Below are positions 23,485 to 33,500 of a DNA stretch of 64,000 bases, piece after piece. The stretch's first letter is position 1. Each line of letters starts with the position of its first letter. The notes below the pieces were generated by a model, which ran no database searches, was not told where the DNA came from, and was given only the letters and a program-made list of their open reading frames with translations. Position numbers and translations under genes: made by a program. Source of the stretch: an uncultured Chloroflexia bacterium (GTDB taxonomy: Bacteria; Chloroflexota; Limnocylindria; Limnocylindrales; CSP1-4); assembly GCA_963720755.1 (NCBI GenBank), contig CAVRGP010000013.1, forward strand, positions 241,780 through 305,779, read 5' to 3'.

Positions 23485-23547
23485 CCGCTCGGCGCCAGGA
23501 TCAGGCGCGCCCGGGACCGGCCGGGTGGACCCGCACTCAGGTCCGGA

Positions 23548-24456
23548 TCAGCCCTTCGTCGAGCCCAGGGTGAGGCCGCGGACGAACTGCTTGGACAGGA
23601 CCAGGTACACGACGATCGTCGGCAGGGCGACGATGAAGGCGGCGGCCGCCAGCTGGTTCTGATCGGTGAAGAAGGCCCCCTGCAGATTGTTCAACGCCGT
23701 CGTGATCGGCCGTTTGTTCCCGGTCACCATCAGGAACAGGGCCCAGAAGAAGTCGTTGTAGATGAACGTGAATTCGAGCACGGCCAGGGCGGCCAGAGCC
23801 GGGCGGACGAGCGGCAGGATGACCCGGCTGTAGATCGTCCACAGCGACGCCCCGTCGACGAGGGCGGCCTCGGTCAGCTCCCTGGAGATCGTCTTCATGT
23901 AGTTGCTCAGGACGAACGTGCAGAAGCCCGTCTGGAAGATGACGTGGATCAGGATGAGCCCAAAGTACGAGTCGTACAGAACGCCGTGGTCGCTCAGCGG
24001 GACCGGCAGGGGCAGGAGGAGGTAGATGCGATAGAGCGGCACGATGATGACCTGCGGTGGGAGCAGGTTGCCGGCCGTGAACATCATCAGCAGCAGCAGG
24101 TTCGCCCGGAAACTGAACCGGGAGAAGATGAACCCGAGCATCGACGAGATGAACAGGGTCAGGGTCACGGCCGGGATGGCGATGATCAACGTGTTGAAGA
24201 AGAACCTGGGCATCTCCGCTTCGTTCCAGGCGGAGATGAAGTTGTCGAGGGTCAGCGTCCTCGGCCACGATACGTAGCCGTCCCTGATCGTGTCCCCGAA
24301 CGGGCGAAGGGCCGTGAACAGCGTCCACAGGATGGGGAACAGCCAGAGCAGGGCCATGCTGATGAGGAAGACGTGGAGGACGACCCGCTGCCATCGTCGG
24401 GAGGTCCGGTTGCCCCCGCGGACCTTGACGGCCGGCTGGACGATCTCGGCGCTCAT
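23548..24456 (-). CDS. Carbohydrate ABC transporter permease
   Basis: EAA loop ELTEAALVDGAS; 6 TM. Confidence 0.92.
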   Translation of the reverse strand: MSAEIVQPAVKVRGGNRTSRRWQRVVLHVFLISMALLWLFPILWTLFTALRPFGDTIRDGYVSWPRTLTLDNFISAWNEAEMPRFFFNTLIIAIPAVTLTLFISSMLGFIFSRFSFRANLLLLMMFTAGNLLPPQVIIVPLYRIYLLLPLPVPLSDHGVLYDSYFGLILIHVIFQTGFCTFVLSNYMKTISRELTEAALVDGASLWTIYSRVILPLVRPALAALAVLEFTFIYNDFFWALFLMVTGNKRPITTALNNLQGAFFTDQNQLAAAAFIVALPTIVVYLVLSKQFVRGLTLGSTKG

Positions 24457-25433
24457 GATGCGTCCTCGCGCATCGTCCGGGTGAGGAAGATGACGATCGG
24501 GACGAGCGATATGGTGAGGAGGACGACCGCGATGGCCGAGCCGAAGCCGATCAGGCTTGCCTCACTCAGGCTGTTGTTGGTGATCAGGATGGACAGCAGT
24601 TCGAGACCGTTCTTGCCGCGGTTGATGATGTAGGCGATGTCGAATGCGCGCAGCGACTCGATGACGGTGATCACGACGATGACGATGTTGATCGGCCGCA
24701 TCACCGGGAAGACGACCCGGAAGAAGGTCTGACGGGCATTCGCCCCATCGATCGCGGCGGCCTCCCGCAGCGTCGGGTCGACGCTCTTCAGGCCGGCCAG
24801 GTAGAGGACCATCACGTAGCCCACGTGGCGCCAGCCGGCCGCGACCAGGACCGCCCAGATATTGAGCGACGGGTTACCGAGCCAGTCGATGACATTGCCC
24901 TGCCCGGTCGTTCCCAGGATGCTGTTGATGAACCCCTGCGAGTTGTACATCTGCTGCCAGATGAAGCCGACCACCGCCAGGGACAGGACGACCGGGATGA
25001 AGAAGGCGCTCTGGTAGATCCGCGTCCCACGCATCTCGCGGTCGAGCAGGACAGCCAGGAACATCCCGATCGGGGTGGCGATGAACACGAACGTCACCAG
25101 CCACAGGATGTTGTGCCCGACCGCCGGCCAGAAGAACGGGTAGCTGGTGAACAGCGTCTCGTAGTTCTTGAGCCCGACGATGTTGTCCATCGTGATCCCG
25201 GTGATGCCGCGCCAGTTGGTGAACGACAGCAGGAACGAGCCGACCGTCGGCATCCAGATGAAGAACAGGCACAGGAAGGTCGGGATCCCGACCATCAGGG
25301 CCATCGTGATCCGGTCCCGCCGGGTCAGCACGGAGTACTTGCGCTTCTTCTTTTGCGCCGGACGCACGTCCGCCCCGCCGGTCGGGGGACCGGTCAGGGC
25401 GGAAGCGCCTGGGGGCGTGGTCGGTCCTGACAT
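24453..25433 (-). CDS. Carbohydrate ABC transporter permease
   Basis: LYLAGLKSVDPTLREAAAIDGA. Confidence 0.92.
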   Translation of the reverse strand: MSGPTTPPGASALTGPPTGGADVRPAQKKKRKYSVLTRRDRITMALMVGIPTFLCLFFIWMPTVGSFLLSFTNWRGITGITMDNIVGLKNYETLFTSYPFFWPAVGHNILWLVTFVFIATPIGMFLAVLLDREMRGTRIYQSAFFIPVVLSLAVVGFIWQQMYNSQGFINSILGTTGQGNVIDWLGNPSLNIWAVLVAAGWRHVGYVMVLYLAGLKSVDPTLREAAAIDGANARQTFFRVVFPVMRPINIVIVVITVIESLRAFDIAYIINRGKNGLELLSILITNNSLSEASLIGFGSAIAVVLLTISLVPIVIFLTRTMREDAS

Positions 25434-25493
25434 TTCGTCAGGTTAGCGCACGTCGCAACGTACTTGTCAGTTCCCTCGGTATTCCGTGCTGGT

Positions 25494-26888
25494 CTAGCTC
25501 TCGGGTGGCAGCGACTCCCAGAACGACTGGATCCCGGCCTGGTACGCGGCCAGATCCTGCGTCGGGTTGGCGAGGAACTGCTGGAGGAAGCTCTGCATGC
25601 CGTTCGCGCCGGCGAAGTCAGAGCGGGTGTCGCGGTCGAGGAACTGGGTGATCCGCGTGGCTTTGGAGACGATCTCGACGGCCTTCTTCTGAAGGTCGCT
25701 GTATGAGCTCGTATCCGTGTCATTGGCGGTCGGGATCAGGCCCGGCTGGTTCTGGAACATGATCAGCTGGGTGGAACCCTTCGACCAGAACTCGAGATAG
25801 GCCTTGGCGGCGTCCATCTCGTCGGCCAGGTAGGGCGACTTGGCGGCGAGCTGCCAGGTGTCGATCGGCGCGTCGAGCGCGGCTTCCGCGTCGAATTCGT
25901 TGCCGAACGTGGGGAACGGGAAGAAGTCGAGGTCGGCGATGTCCGCCGGATCGTTCGTGGCGGCGAACTGCGCCGAGACGAACAGGCCGAGCAGGTACAT
26001 GCCGGACTTCTTCTGGACGAGGGTGTCGGCCGCCTGCTGCCAGGTGAGGCCGGCATAGTCCGTGGCCTGGTAGGGGCTGAGTTCCGCCCACTTCTGGAAG
26101 ACCGCGGTGACCTTCGGATCCGTCCACTTCTCGCTGCCGGCCATCAGGCCGACGTGGAAGTCGTAGCCGTTCGTCCGCAGGTTGAGGATGTCGAACGTGC
26201 CCATCGCCGGCCAGCCGTCCGAGTCGCCGAAGGCGATCGGGGTGAGGCCGTCGGCCTGCATCTTCTTGGACAGCGTGATCAGGTCGTCCCAGGTCGCCGG
26301 GATCGTGTAGCCCTTGTCGGCGAAGACGCTCTTCCGATAGAAGACCGCCCATGGGTAGTAGTCGACCGGGACGCCGTAGACCTTGCCGTCGTTGCCGACG
26401 ACGCTGTTGGCGAAGCCCTCGGTGTAGTTGCTGCTGACCGTCGCCCAGACGTCGTCGACCGGGACGTTGAGGCCCTGGGACGCGAAGAACTTCATGCGAT
26501 ACCCGGAGAACCAGGTGTAGCCGGTATCCGGGGTGCCGCCGAGGTAGTTCGTGATCTGGTCCTGGAAGGTGCCGTGGTCGACCGTGTTCATCACGACGTC
26601 GACGCCGGTCGCGGTCTTGAATGCCGCGTTGATCGCCTCCATCCCGGTCTTTTCACCGGGGTCGGAGTGGTTGCTGCCGACGTGCAACTGGCCACTCAGG
26701 CTCGGCATCGCGCTCGGTTCGGTGCTCGTGCCGGGCGCTACGGACGGTGGGGTCGTCGGGGCCGTCGACGATGACGAGCCGCTGCAGGCCGCGATGATCG
26801 CGGAAACGGACACGAGTCCGGCCGCGCCGGCCATGCCCTTCAGCACGGTCCGCCGTGTGACCGGGTTCACCCACGTGGGTTCTGCCAT
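25494..26888 (-). CDS. Sugar ABC substrate-binding lipoprotein (Tat signal)
   Basis: TRRTVLK twin-arginine motif and IIAAC lipobox; SD GAGGAGG before ATG 26888; DGKVYGVP. Confidence 0.9.
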   Translation of the reverse strand: MAEPTWVNPVTRRTVLKGMAGAAGLVSVSAIIAACSGSSSSTAPTTPPSVAPGTSTEPSAMPSLSGQLHVGSNHSDPGEKTGMEAINAAFKTATGVDVVMNTVDHGTFQDQITNYLGGTPDTGYTWFSGYRMKFFASQGLNVPVDDVWATVSSNYTEGFANSVVGNDGKVYGVPVDYYPWAVFYRKSVFADKGYTIPATWDDLITLSKKMQADGLTPIAFGDSDGWPAMGTFDILNLRTNGYDFHVGLMAGSEKWTDPKVTAVFQKWAELSPYQATDYAGLTWQQAADTLVQKKSGMYLLGLFVSAQFAATNDPADIADLDFFPFPTFGNEFDAEAALDAPIDTWQLAAKSPYLADEMDAAKAYLEFWSKGSTQLIMFQNQPGLIPTANDTDTSSYSDLQKKAVEIVSKATRITQFLDRDTRSDFAGANGMQSFLQQFLANPTQDLAAYQAGIQSFWESLPPES

Positions 26889-27106
26889 GGGTATTTCCTC
26901 CTCAGATGCTGCGCGACAAAATCCCACAGGATCAACCGGATTGTCCCCATCCACAACCCAGATGTCAAGGTCACGCTCCCCGTATTGTGTATCATTTGTT
27001 GGAACGCGTTGACTTTCTATCGGTTGCGCTGCAATCTCTCGATCAGGAAAGCGAGGGACCGGGTGTCAGCAGGTATGCCAGTCGTCGATCCGGCAGGGCC
27101 GCGGTG

Positions 27107-27949
27107 ATGCTCGCCCGACAGCGGCAGGCGTTCATCCTCGAGCGAGTCCGGGAGGACGGCGCGGTCCGTGTCGCCGACCTGGTCCGCGAACTCGGCGTGT
27201 CGGACATGACCGTCCGCCGGGATCTCGAGGCCCTCGACGAGCGCGGGTTGCTCGAGAAGGTCCATGGCGGCGCGACGCTGGTGGCCGGCTCGGCCATGTT
27301 CGAGCCGGGGTTCGCGGCGAAGTCGGCGTTGCAGCAAGCTGAAAAGGACGCCATCGCCGACGCCGCCGTCGATCTCGCCGAACCGGGGATGGCGATCGCC
27401 GTATCAGCCGGGACGACGACCTACGCCCTCGCCCAGCGACTGGCCGCCGTGCCAGGCCTGACCGTCGTGACCAACTCGATCCGGGTCGCGGACGTCCTGC
27501 ACCAGGGCGGGCGGAGCGACCAGACGATCATCCTGACCGGCGGCGTCCGGACGCCGTCCGAAGCGCTGGTCGGTCCGTTCGCCGTCTCCGCGCTGCGCAC
27601 GATCCACGTCGACCTCGTCTATGTCGGCGTCCATGGGATGGACCCCCGATCCGGGTTCACCTGCCCGAACCTGCTCGAAGCCGACACCGACCGGGCCTTG
27701 ATCGAAGCCGGTCGCCGGCTCGTGGTCGTGGCCGATCATTCGAAGTGGGGAGTCATCGGGATCAGCTCGATCGCCCGGCTCGATCAGGCCGACGTCCTGG
27801 TCACCGACGCGGGTCTCCCGCCGGACGCCCGGTTGATCCTGGGCGAGGCCGTCCGCGAGCTTCGCATCGTGGAACCGTCGGCGTCGGGATGGCCAGGGAT
27901 GAACGCCGGCACCGACGCCGGCCCGCACGCGGCCGTCGATGTCCACTGA
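27107..27949 (+). CDS. DeoR/GlpR family regulator
   Basis: GVSDMTVRRDL...HGGA, AGTTT, VVTNS, VADHSKW. Confidence 0.92.
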   Translation: MLARQRQAFILERVREDGAVRVADLVRELGVSDMTVRRDLEALDERGLLEKVHGGATLVAGSAMFEPGFAAKSALQQAEKDAIADAAVDLAEPGMAIAVSAGTTTYALAQRLAAVPGLTVVTNSIRVADVLHQGGRSDQTIILTGGVRTPSEALVGPFAVSALRTIHVDLVYVGVHGMDPRSGFTCPNLLEADTDRALIEAGRRLVVVADHSKWGVIGISSIARLDQADVLVTDAGLPPDARLILGEAVRELRIVEPSASGWPGMNAGTDAGPHAAVDVH

Positions 27950-29006
27950 ACCGATCCCGACCGAAGCGACGGTCGCCCGACTCGCCGCCGAGCCCCATCG
28001 TCGGTACGACCCGCTTGGTGACGAGTGGGTGCTCGTGTCAGCGGGACGGACCCGCCGGCCGTGGCTGGGTGCACAGGAGCCGGCCCCCGAGCCGCCCGGG
28101 ATCAGCTATGACCCCACCTGCTACCTGTGCCCGGGCAATACCCGCGCGAACGGCAACGTCAACCCGGCCTATGCCGACACCTTCGTCTTCACCAACGACT
28201 TCGCCGCGCTTCGGCCGGATACCTCGGTCGACCAGGTCGACGATCGGCTGCTCCAGGCCCACGGGGAACGGGGCACGTGTCGGGTCGTCTGTTTCGCTCC
28301 TCAGCACGACCTGACCCTCGGTCGGATGGAGCAGCCGGCCGTCCGAGGCGTGATCGACATGTGGGCCGCCCAGTCGGACGAGCTGGGTGAGGACTATCGC
28401 TGGGTCCAGGTCTTCGAGAACCGCGGGGAGGCGATGGGTGCCTCGAACCCGCACCCGCACGGCCAGATCTGGGCCGGCACCGCGCTCCCGGGCGTGGCCG
28501 CACGCGAAGACTCCACCCAGCGCGCTCATCTGGCCGCCACCGGCCAGCGCCTGCTGCTCGACTACGTCGGCCAGGAGACGGGCGGACCCCGGGTGGTCGT
28601 CGAGACGGACGAGTGGCTCACGGTCGTGCCGTTCTGGGCCGCCTGGCCGTTCGAGACGCTGATGATCCCGAAGCGCCCGGCGGCGCGTCTGGCCGGGTTG
28701 GACGATGCGGCCCGGAACGATCTCGCGGTCGTCCTGCACGAGCTGATCGGCCGCTACAACGGCCTGTTCAAGCGTGCATTCCCGTACTCGATGGGCTGGC
28801 ACCAGGCGCCGTTCGATGGCGGGACGACCGATCACTGGCAGGTCCACGCTCATTTCTATCCGCCGCTGCTGCGGGCGAAGGTCCGCAAGTTCATGGTCGG
28901 CTACGAATTGCTGGCCGAGACGCAGCGCGACCTGACCGCCGAGGATGCCGCCGCTCGGTTGCGTGCGGTCGTGCTGGAGCCGCCGGCGACGGGGAACGCA
29001 GCCTAG
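27939..29006 (+). CDS. galT: Galactose-1-phosphate uridylyltransferase
   Basis: CYLCPGNTR, FENRG, catalytic HPHGQIW, RKFMVGYE. Confidence 0.94.
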   Translation: MSTEPIPTEATVARLAAEPHRRYDPLGDEWVLVSAGRTRRPWLGAQEPAPEPPGISYDPTCYLCPGNTRANGNVNPAYADTFVFTNDFAALRPDTSVDQVDDRLLQAHGERGTCRVVCFAPQHDLTLGRMEQPAVRGVIDMWAAQSDELGEDYRWVQVFENRGEAMGASNPHPHGQIWAGTALPGVAAREDSTQRAHLAATGQRLLLDYVGQETGGPRVVVETDEWLTVVPFWAAWPFETLMIPKRPAARLAGLDDAARNDLAVVLHELIGRYNGLFKRAFPYSMGWHQAPFDGGTTDHWQVHAHFYPPLLRAKVRKFMVGYELLAETQRDLTAEDAAARLRAVVLEPPATGNAA

Positions 29007-29061
29007 GTCACGGCACGCTGGGGCCCGAGGGACACCGGCCGCGGCGGGTAGCATACGGACG

Positions 29062-30480
29062 ATGAGGACCTGGGGCGGCCGATTCAGCGGCGACAGTGAC
29101 GCGCGGATGGCCGATTTCACGCGGTCGATCGAGCTCGACCAGGCGCTTGCCGCCGATGATCTGGCCGGCTCGATCGCCCACGTCCGCGGCCTTGGCCGGG
29201 CCGGGATCCTGAACGGCGACGAAGTCACCGCGCTGGTCGACGGCCTGACGGCGTTGGCCGAGGACGTCGCGGCCGGCCGGGTCACCTGGGATCCGGCGCT
29301 CGAGGACGTCCACATGAACCTCGAGGCGGCCCTCGCCGACAAGATCGGTCCGCTGGCCGGGCGGCTCCATACCGGGCGCTCTCGCAACGATCAGGTCGCC
29401 ACGGACCTGCGTCTGTGGACCCGCCGGGCCATCGACGAGCTGGACGTGGCGATCGTCGACTTCGAACGCGCGCTGGTCGACCTCGCTGAGCGGGAAGGAT
29501 CGGCCGTCCTGCCCGGAACGACCCATATCCAGCCGGCCCAGCCGGTCCTGTTCGCCCACCACCTGCTCGCATACGTGGAGATGACCGAACGCGATCGAGG
29601 GCGGCTCGAGGATGCGCGGGCGCGGCTGAACGTCTCGCCCCTCGGTGCCGGGGCGCTGGCCGGCTCCGGCTACCCGATCGATCGCGAGGCCGTCGCCGAG
29701 GAGCTTGGCTTCGACGGGGTCACCGCGAACTCGCTCGATGCGGTGTCGGACCGGGATTTCGTCGTCGAGACGCTCGGGGCGATCGCGCTCGGGATGGTCC
29801 ACCTCAGCCGCCTGGCCGAGGAGATCACCTGGTGGTCGAACCCGCGCTTCGGGTTCGTCCGGGTCGCCGACGCGTTCTCGACCGGCAGCTCGATGATGCC
29901 CAACAAGAAGAACCCGGATCCGGCCGAGCTCGTGCGCGGTCGGGCGGCCCGGGTCATCGGCGAGCTGACCGGCACGCTGACCCTGCTCAAGGGCCTGCCG
30001 CTGGCGTACCAGCGCGACCTCCAGGAGGACAAGGGCCCGCTGTTCGATGCGGTCGCCGTGTATGAAACTTCGCTCCGGGTCATGGCCGGGCTCGTCGGCA
30101 CGATGACCATCGACGCCGGGCGGATGGCCGAAGCCGCCACCGAGGGATACACGACCGCGACCGCGGTGGCCGACGCGCTGGTTCGGAGGGGCGTGCCATT
30201 CCGAACCGCTCATCACATCGTGGGGTCGCTCGTGGCGCAGGCGGAAACGGCCGGGATCGGGCTGGACGAGGTCCCGGATGCCATGGTCGGGCTGGCCCTG
30301 GGGGCGAGCGGCGATCCCGCGGCGGCGGACCTGGCCGGGCAGGCCGACATCGGCGATGACCTCCGAGCCGCCGCATCGCTGGAAGGTGCGTTGGCCGCGT
30401 GCGACGTCGTCGGCGGCACCGCCCCGGACCGAGTGGCGGAGGCCCTGGCCAACGCTCGAGCGCGACTCGACCGGCCCTGA
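29062..30480 (+). CDS. argH: Argininosuccinate lyase
   Basis: WGGRF, HTGRSRNDQ, GSSMMPNKKNPD, YQRDLQEDK. Confidence 0.95.
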   Translation: MRTWGGRFSGDSDARMADFTRSIELDQALAADDLAGSIAHVRGLGRAGILNGDEVTALVDGLTALAEDVAAGRVTWDPALEDVHMNLEAALADKIGPLAGRLHTGRSRNDQVATDLRLWTRRAIDELDVAIVDFERALVDLAEREGSAVLPGTTHIQPAQPVLFAHHLLAYVEMTERDRGRLEDARARLNVSPLGAGALAGSGYPIDREAVAEELGFDGVTANSLDAVSDRDFVVETLGAIALGMVHLSRLAEEITWWSNPRFGFVRVADAFSTGSSMMPNKKNPDPAELVRGRAARVIGELTGTLTLLKGLPLAYQRDLQEDKGPLFDAVAVYETSLRVMAGLVGTMTIDAGRMAEAATEGYTTATAVADALVRRGVPFRTAHHIVGSLVAQAETAGIGLDEVPDAMVGLALGASGDPAAADLAGQADIGDDLRAAASLEGALAACDVVGGTAPDRVAEALANARARLDRP

Positions 30481-30509
30481 ACCCGACCGAACCTGTTCGT
30501 CGAGCGGGT

Positions 30510-31413
30510 TCAGATCTCCGTCGTCGAGCAGATCGCGACGTCGCGGACCAGGTGGGGGTCGCGCGCCCAGGCCGTTGCCACGATGACGTGGAACTGCGCG
30601 TCGGCGCGCCCATGCGGCGTCTCGATCGTGGGCAGCCACAGTGCGGGCAGGTCGGCGGCGAACGGGAACGCCTGGGCGCCACCGCCGAAGTCCCCGGGGC
30701 CGGCGAGCTGGCCGGCCCACAACGTCACCGTCTCCTTGCGGCCGCCCGAGACGGTGGCCTGGATCAGGACGCGAAGCTCGAGGCGGACTTCCTGGACCTT
30801 GCGCGACGCTCCCGACTCGACATCGAGCCGGCCACGGAACGGCGCCCCGACGCACAACGGCGACGGATCCAGCCAGATCGACCCGCGGATCCCATCGGCC
30901 TCGCCTTCGGCCGCCGCATAGAGCGCAAACTCGGCGACCGTGACCACGCCGGCCCGGAGGAGCGCGGTCGGCTGCAGGATGACGACCGGGATGGACACGC
31001 TCGGATCGAAACCGGGCACGTCCAGGTTCGCCTCGATCGTCCAATCGACGCTCAGCTCGGTCCCCTCGAAGGTGGCCGGGCCGAGCCCCGGGACCGGCAT
31101 CTGGAACGGGAAGTCGCGGGTCTCGCCGGACAGCCAGCGTCAGCGGTCCGGTCACGGCGACCGGCACGCTGGGCAGGGCAGCCCGTCCAGTCCGGGTCTC
31201 CGAGTGGGGGCGTCCCTGGGCATCGGTCGTCGTGGTGTCGTATCGCCACGTCTCCTCCCCGGACAGGGTGACCCGGGCGCCGCGGATCGAACCGTTCGAG
31301 CGCGCTGCGATCCGGAGTCGTCCATCGACGAGACGGCCCGGCAGCAGCCGATCGGTCTCGATCTCGAGGGTGAGATCGAAGTGGCCGGCACGGGTCGAGG
31401 TGGAAACAGTCAC
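30510..31413 (-). CDS. SpoOM/arrestin-like beta-sandwich protein; frameshift near 31130
   Basis: Two repeated beta-rich modules ([11 protein letters not shown]...[14 protein letters not shown] and QEVRLELRV...[16 protein letters not shown]) split over two frames. Confidence 0.6.
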
Positions 31414-31457
31414 GGTGGATGCATCATGGCATGGCCGGTCGCGAGTACCATCGGGGC

Positions 31458-32561
31458 GTGCCGGAACTCGCGACCATCGTCAGGGCGCCCAAGGCGCTCC
31501 TCCACGACCACCTCGATGGCGGACTGCGCCCCGCTACTGTGGTCGACCTGGCGGCGGAGTATGGCTACGACGCGCTGCCGACGACCGATGTCGACGACCT
31601 GGCCGCCTGGTTCCGACGCGGTGCCGACCGCAAGAGCCTCGAGCTCTACCTCGAGACGTTCGCCCACACGTTCGGGGTCATGCAGTGGCCGGACGCGATC
31701 GCCCGGGTGGCCGCCGAGTGCGCGGAGGACCTGGCCGCGGACGGGGTCGTCTACGCCGAGGTCCGGATGGCCCCGGAGCTGTGCACGGAACAGGGTCTGA
31801 CCCTCGACGAGGCCGTCGGGGCGATGCTGGAGGGCTTCCGCGTCGGCTCGGAGCGAGCGGCCGCGGCGGGCCACCCGATCGTCATGAAACTCCTGGTCAC
31901 CGCGATGCGCCAGGCCGCACGTTCCGTCGAGGTGGCCGAGTGCGCCGTTCGCTGGCGAGACGCGGGTGTCGTCGGGTTCGATGTGGCGGGGCCGGAGAAG
32001 GGCTACCCGCCGACTCGCTATCTCGACGCGTTCGAATACATCCGTCGCGCCAACTTCCACATCACTGTCCACGCTGGCGAGTCGTTCGGGCTGCCATCGA
32101 TCTGGGAGGCGATCCAGTTCGCCGGCGCCGAGCGTCTGGGCCACGGCGTCCGGATCGTCGACGACATCACGGTCCACCCGGACGGCTCGGTCGAGCTGGG
32201 CCGACTGGCCGCCTTCGTTCGCGACCGGCGGGTCCCGCTCGAGATGTGCCCGACCTCGAACGTCCATACCGGCGCAGCGGCGTCGGTCGCCGAACACCCG
32301 ATCGACCTGCTCCGACGGCTCCGCTATCGGGTCACGGTCAACACGGACAACCGGCTGATGAGCGGCGTCTCGCTGTCGAGCGAGTTCGCGGCGCTCGACG
32401 CGGCCTTCGGGATCGGTCTCGGCGAGATGGAGTGGCTGACGATCAACGCGATGAAGAGCGCGTTCGCCCCGTTCGACGAGCGGCTTCGGATCATCAATGA
32501 AGTCGTGAAGCCGGGCTACGCCCACCTCCGGGCGGAGGAGTCCAGGGTCGTCGTCGGGTAA
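31458..32561 (+). CDS. add: Adenosine deaminase
   Basis: [33 protein letters not shown]. Confidence 0.93.
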   Translation: MPELATIVRAPKALLHDHLDGGLRPATVVDLAAEYGYDALPTTDVDDLAAWFRRGADRKSLELYLETFAHTFGVMQWPDAIARVAAECAEDLAADGVVYAEVRMAPELCTEQGLTLDEAVGAMLEGFRVGSERAAAAGHPIVMKLLVTAMRQAARSVEVAECAVRWRDAGVVGFDVAGPEKGYPPTRYLDAFEYIRRANFHITVHAGESFGLPSIWEAIQFAGAERLGHGVRIVDDITVHPDGSVELGRLAAFVRDRRVPLEMCPTSNVHTGAAASVAEHPIDLLRRLRYRVTVNTDNRLMSGVSLSSEFAALDAAFGIGLGEMEWLTINAMKSAFAPFDERLRIINEVVKPGYAHLRAEESRVVVG

Positions 32562-32586
32562 GGATCGGTCAGGGCGCGCTCGAGCC

Positions 32587-33405
32587 TTAGCCGAGCCCCA
32601 GCGCGTCGCGAATGTCGGGAGCGACCAGGGAGAGACCTAGCACCGTCGCGGCCACGAGACCCACGCTGCCAACGACACGTACGGAGGTCGGCGGTCGCTC
32701 GGCACCTCGGTACCGCAGGAGCCACCAGTACGTCGTGGCCAGGCCGGTGACGATCAGCGCGACCCCTGCCGGCCAGAGCGTCGATACGTAGGTCAGGGCG
32801 ACCAAGGGCAGGACCAGGAACAGTCCGATGACCGAGATGCCCGCGTAGACCGCGGCACCTCTGTCCCGGTCCGATTCGGGCCAAGGCAGGTGTCGGTCCA
32901 GCCAGGCCTCGACGAGCGCCATGGCCGGACCGACCAGCCCGACGAGCGCGAGCAGCACGGCGACGACGAGCAAGTCGTGTCCCAGGATGATGAAGTCAGG
33001 ATTGTCCGCCTCGATGAGACCGAAGCTGCCGAGTCCGATCGCGAGGGGGATCGCAGCGATGGCTCGCAGCGGCAGGCTCTCGGGCAGCCACGGCCGGACG
33101 GCGACCCAGATCGTGCCCACGAATACCCCGGCGAAGAGGCCGGCAGCCACCGTCAGGCCGAGACTGCCGCCGAGGGTGATGTCCCCGATCCGATTGCCGT
33201 TCTGCGTTGTTGACCCGACCGCATCGGGGACGATCAGCGCGGCAAGACGCATCGCGACACGACCACCGAGCCCACCGACGACGATGCCGACCAGCAGGCC
33301 GGCCACCCCGCCAAGGGTGATGTCGCGGAAGACCTTGCCGAGTGGCCAGACATCGACCTGCGCCACGTCCGACGATCCGGCCACGGATCCAACTGGTCCG
33401 GTCAA
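32587..33405 (-). CDS. Hypothetical multi-pass membrane protein
   Basis: About 7 hydrophobic segments (GGLGGRVAMRL); SD GGAGGG before TTG 33405. Confidence 0.7.
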   Translation of the reverse strand: MTGPVGSVAGSSDVAQVDVWPLGKVFRDITLGGVAGLLVGIVVGGLGGRVAMRLAALIVPDAVGSTTQNGNRIGDITLGGSLGLTVAAGLFAGVFVGTIWVAVRPWLPESLPLRAIAAIPLAIGLGSFGLIEADNPDFIILGHDLLVVAVLLALVGLVGPAMALVEAWLDRHLPWPESDRDRGAAVYAGISVIGLFLVLPLVALTYVSTLWPAGVALIVTGLATTYWWLLRYRGAERPPTSVRVVGSVGLVAATVLGLSLVAPDIRDALGLG

Positions 33406-33439
33406 GGCGGGTGTCCCTCCGTACGGCGATAGCTCGGTG

Positions 33440-33471
33440 GTCGATATATACGACATCGACGGCCGACGTCA
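33440..33471 (-). promoter_or_regulatory. Sigma70-like promoter overlapped by an operator-like inverted repeat
   Basis: Minus-strand TTGACG followed by a TATAT-rich -10; GTCGATAT-N5-ACATCGAC (33440-33460, one mismatch). Confidence 0.5.
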
Positions 33472-33500
33472 ATAGGTCACGGCCGACCGCTCTGCGGCCG

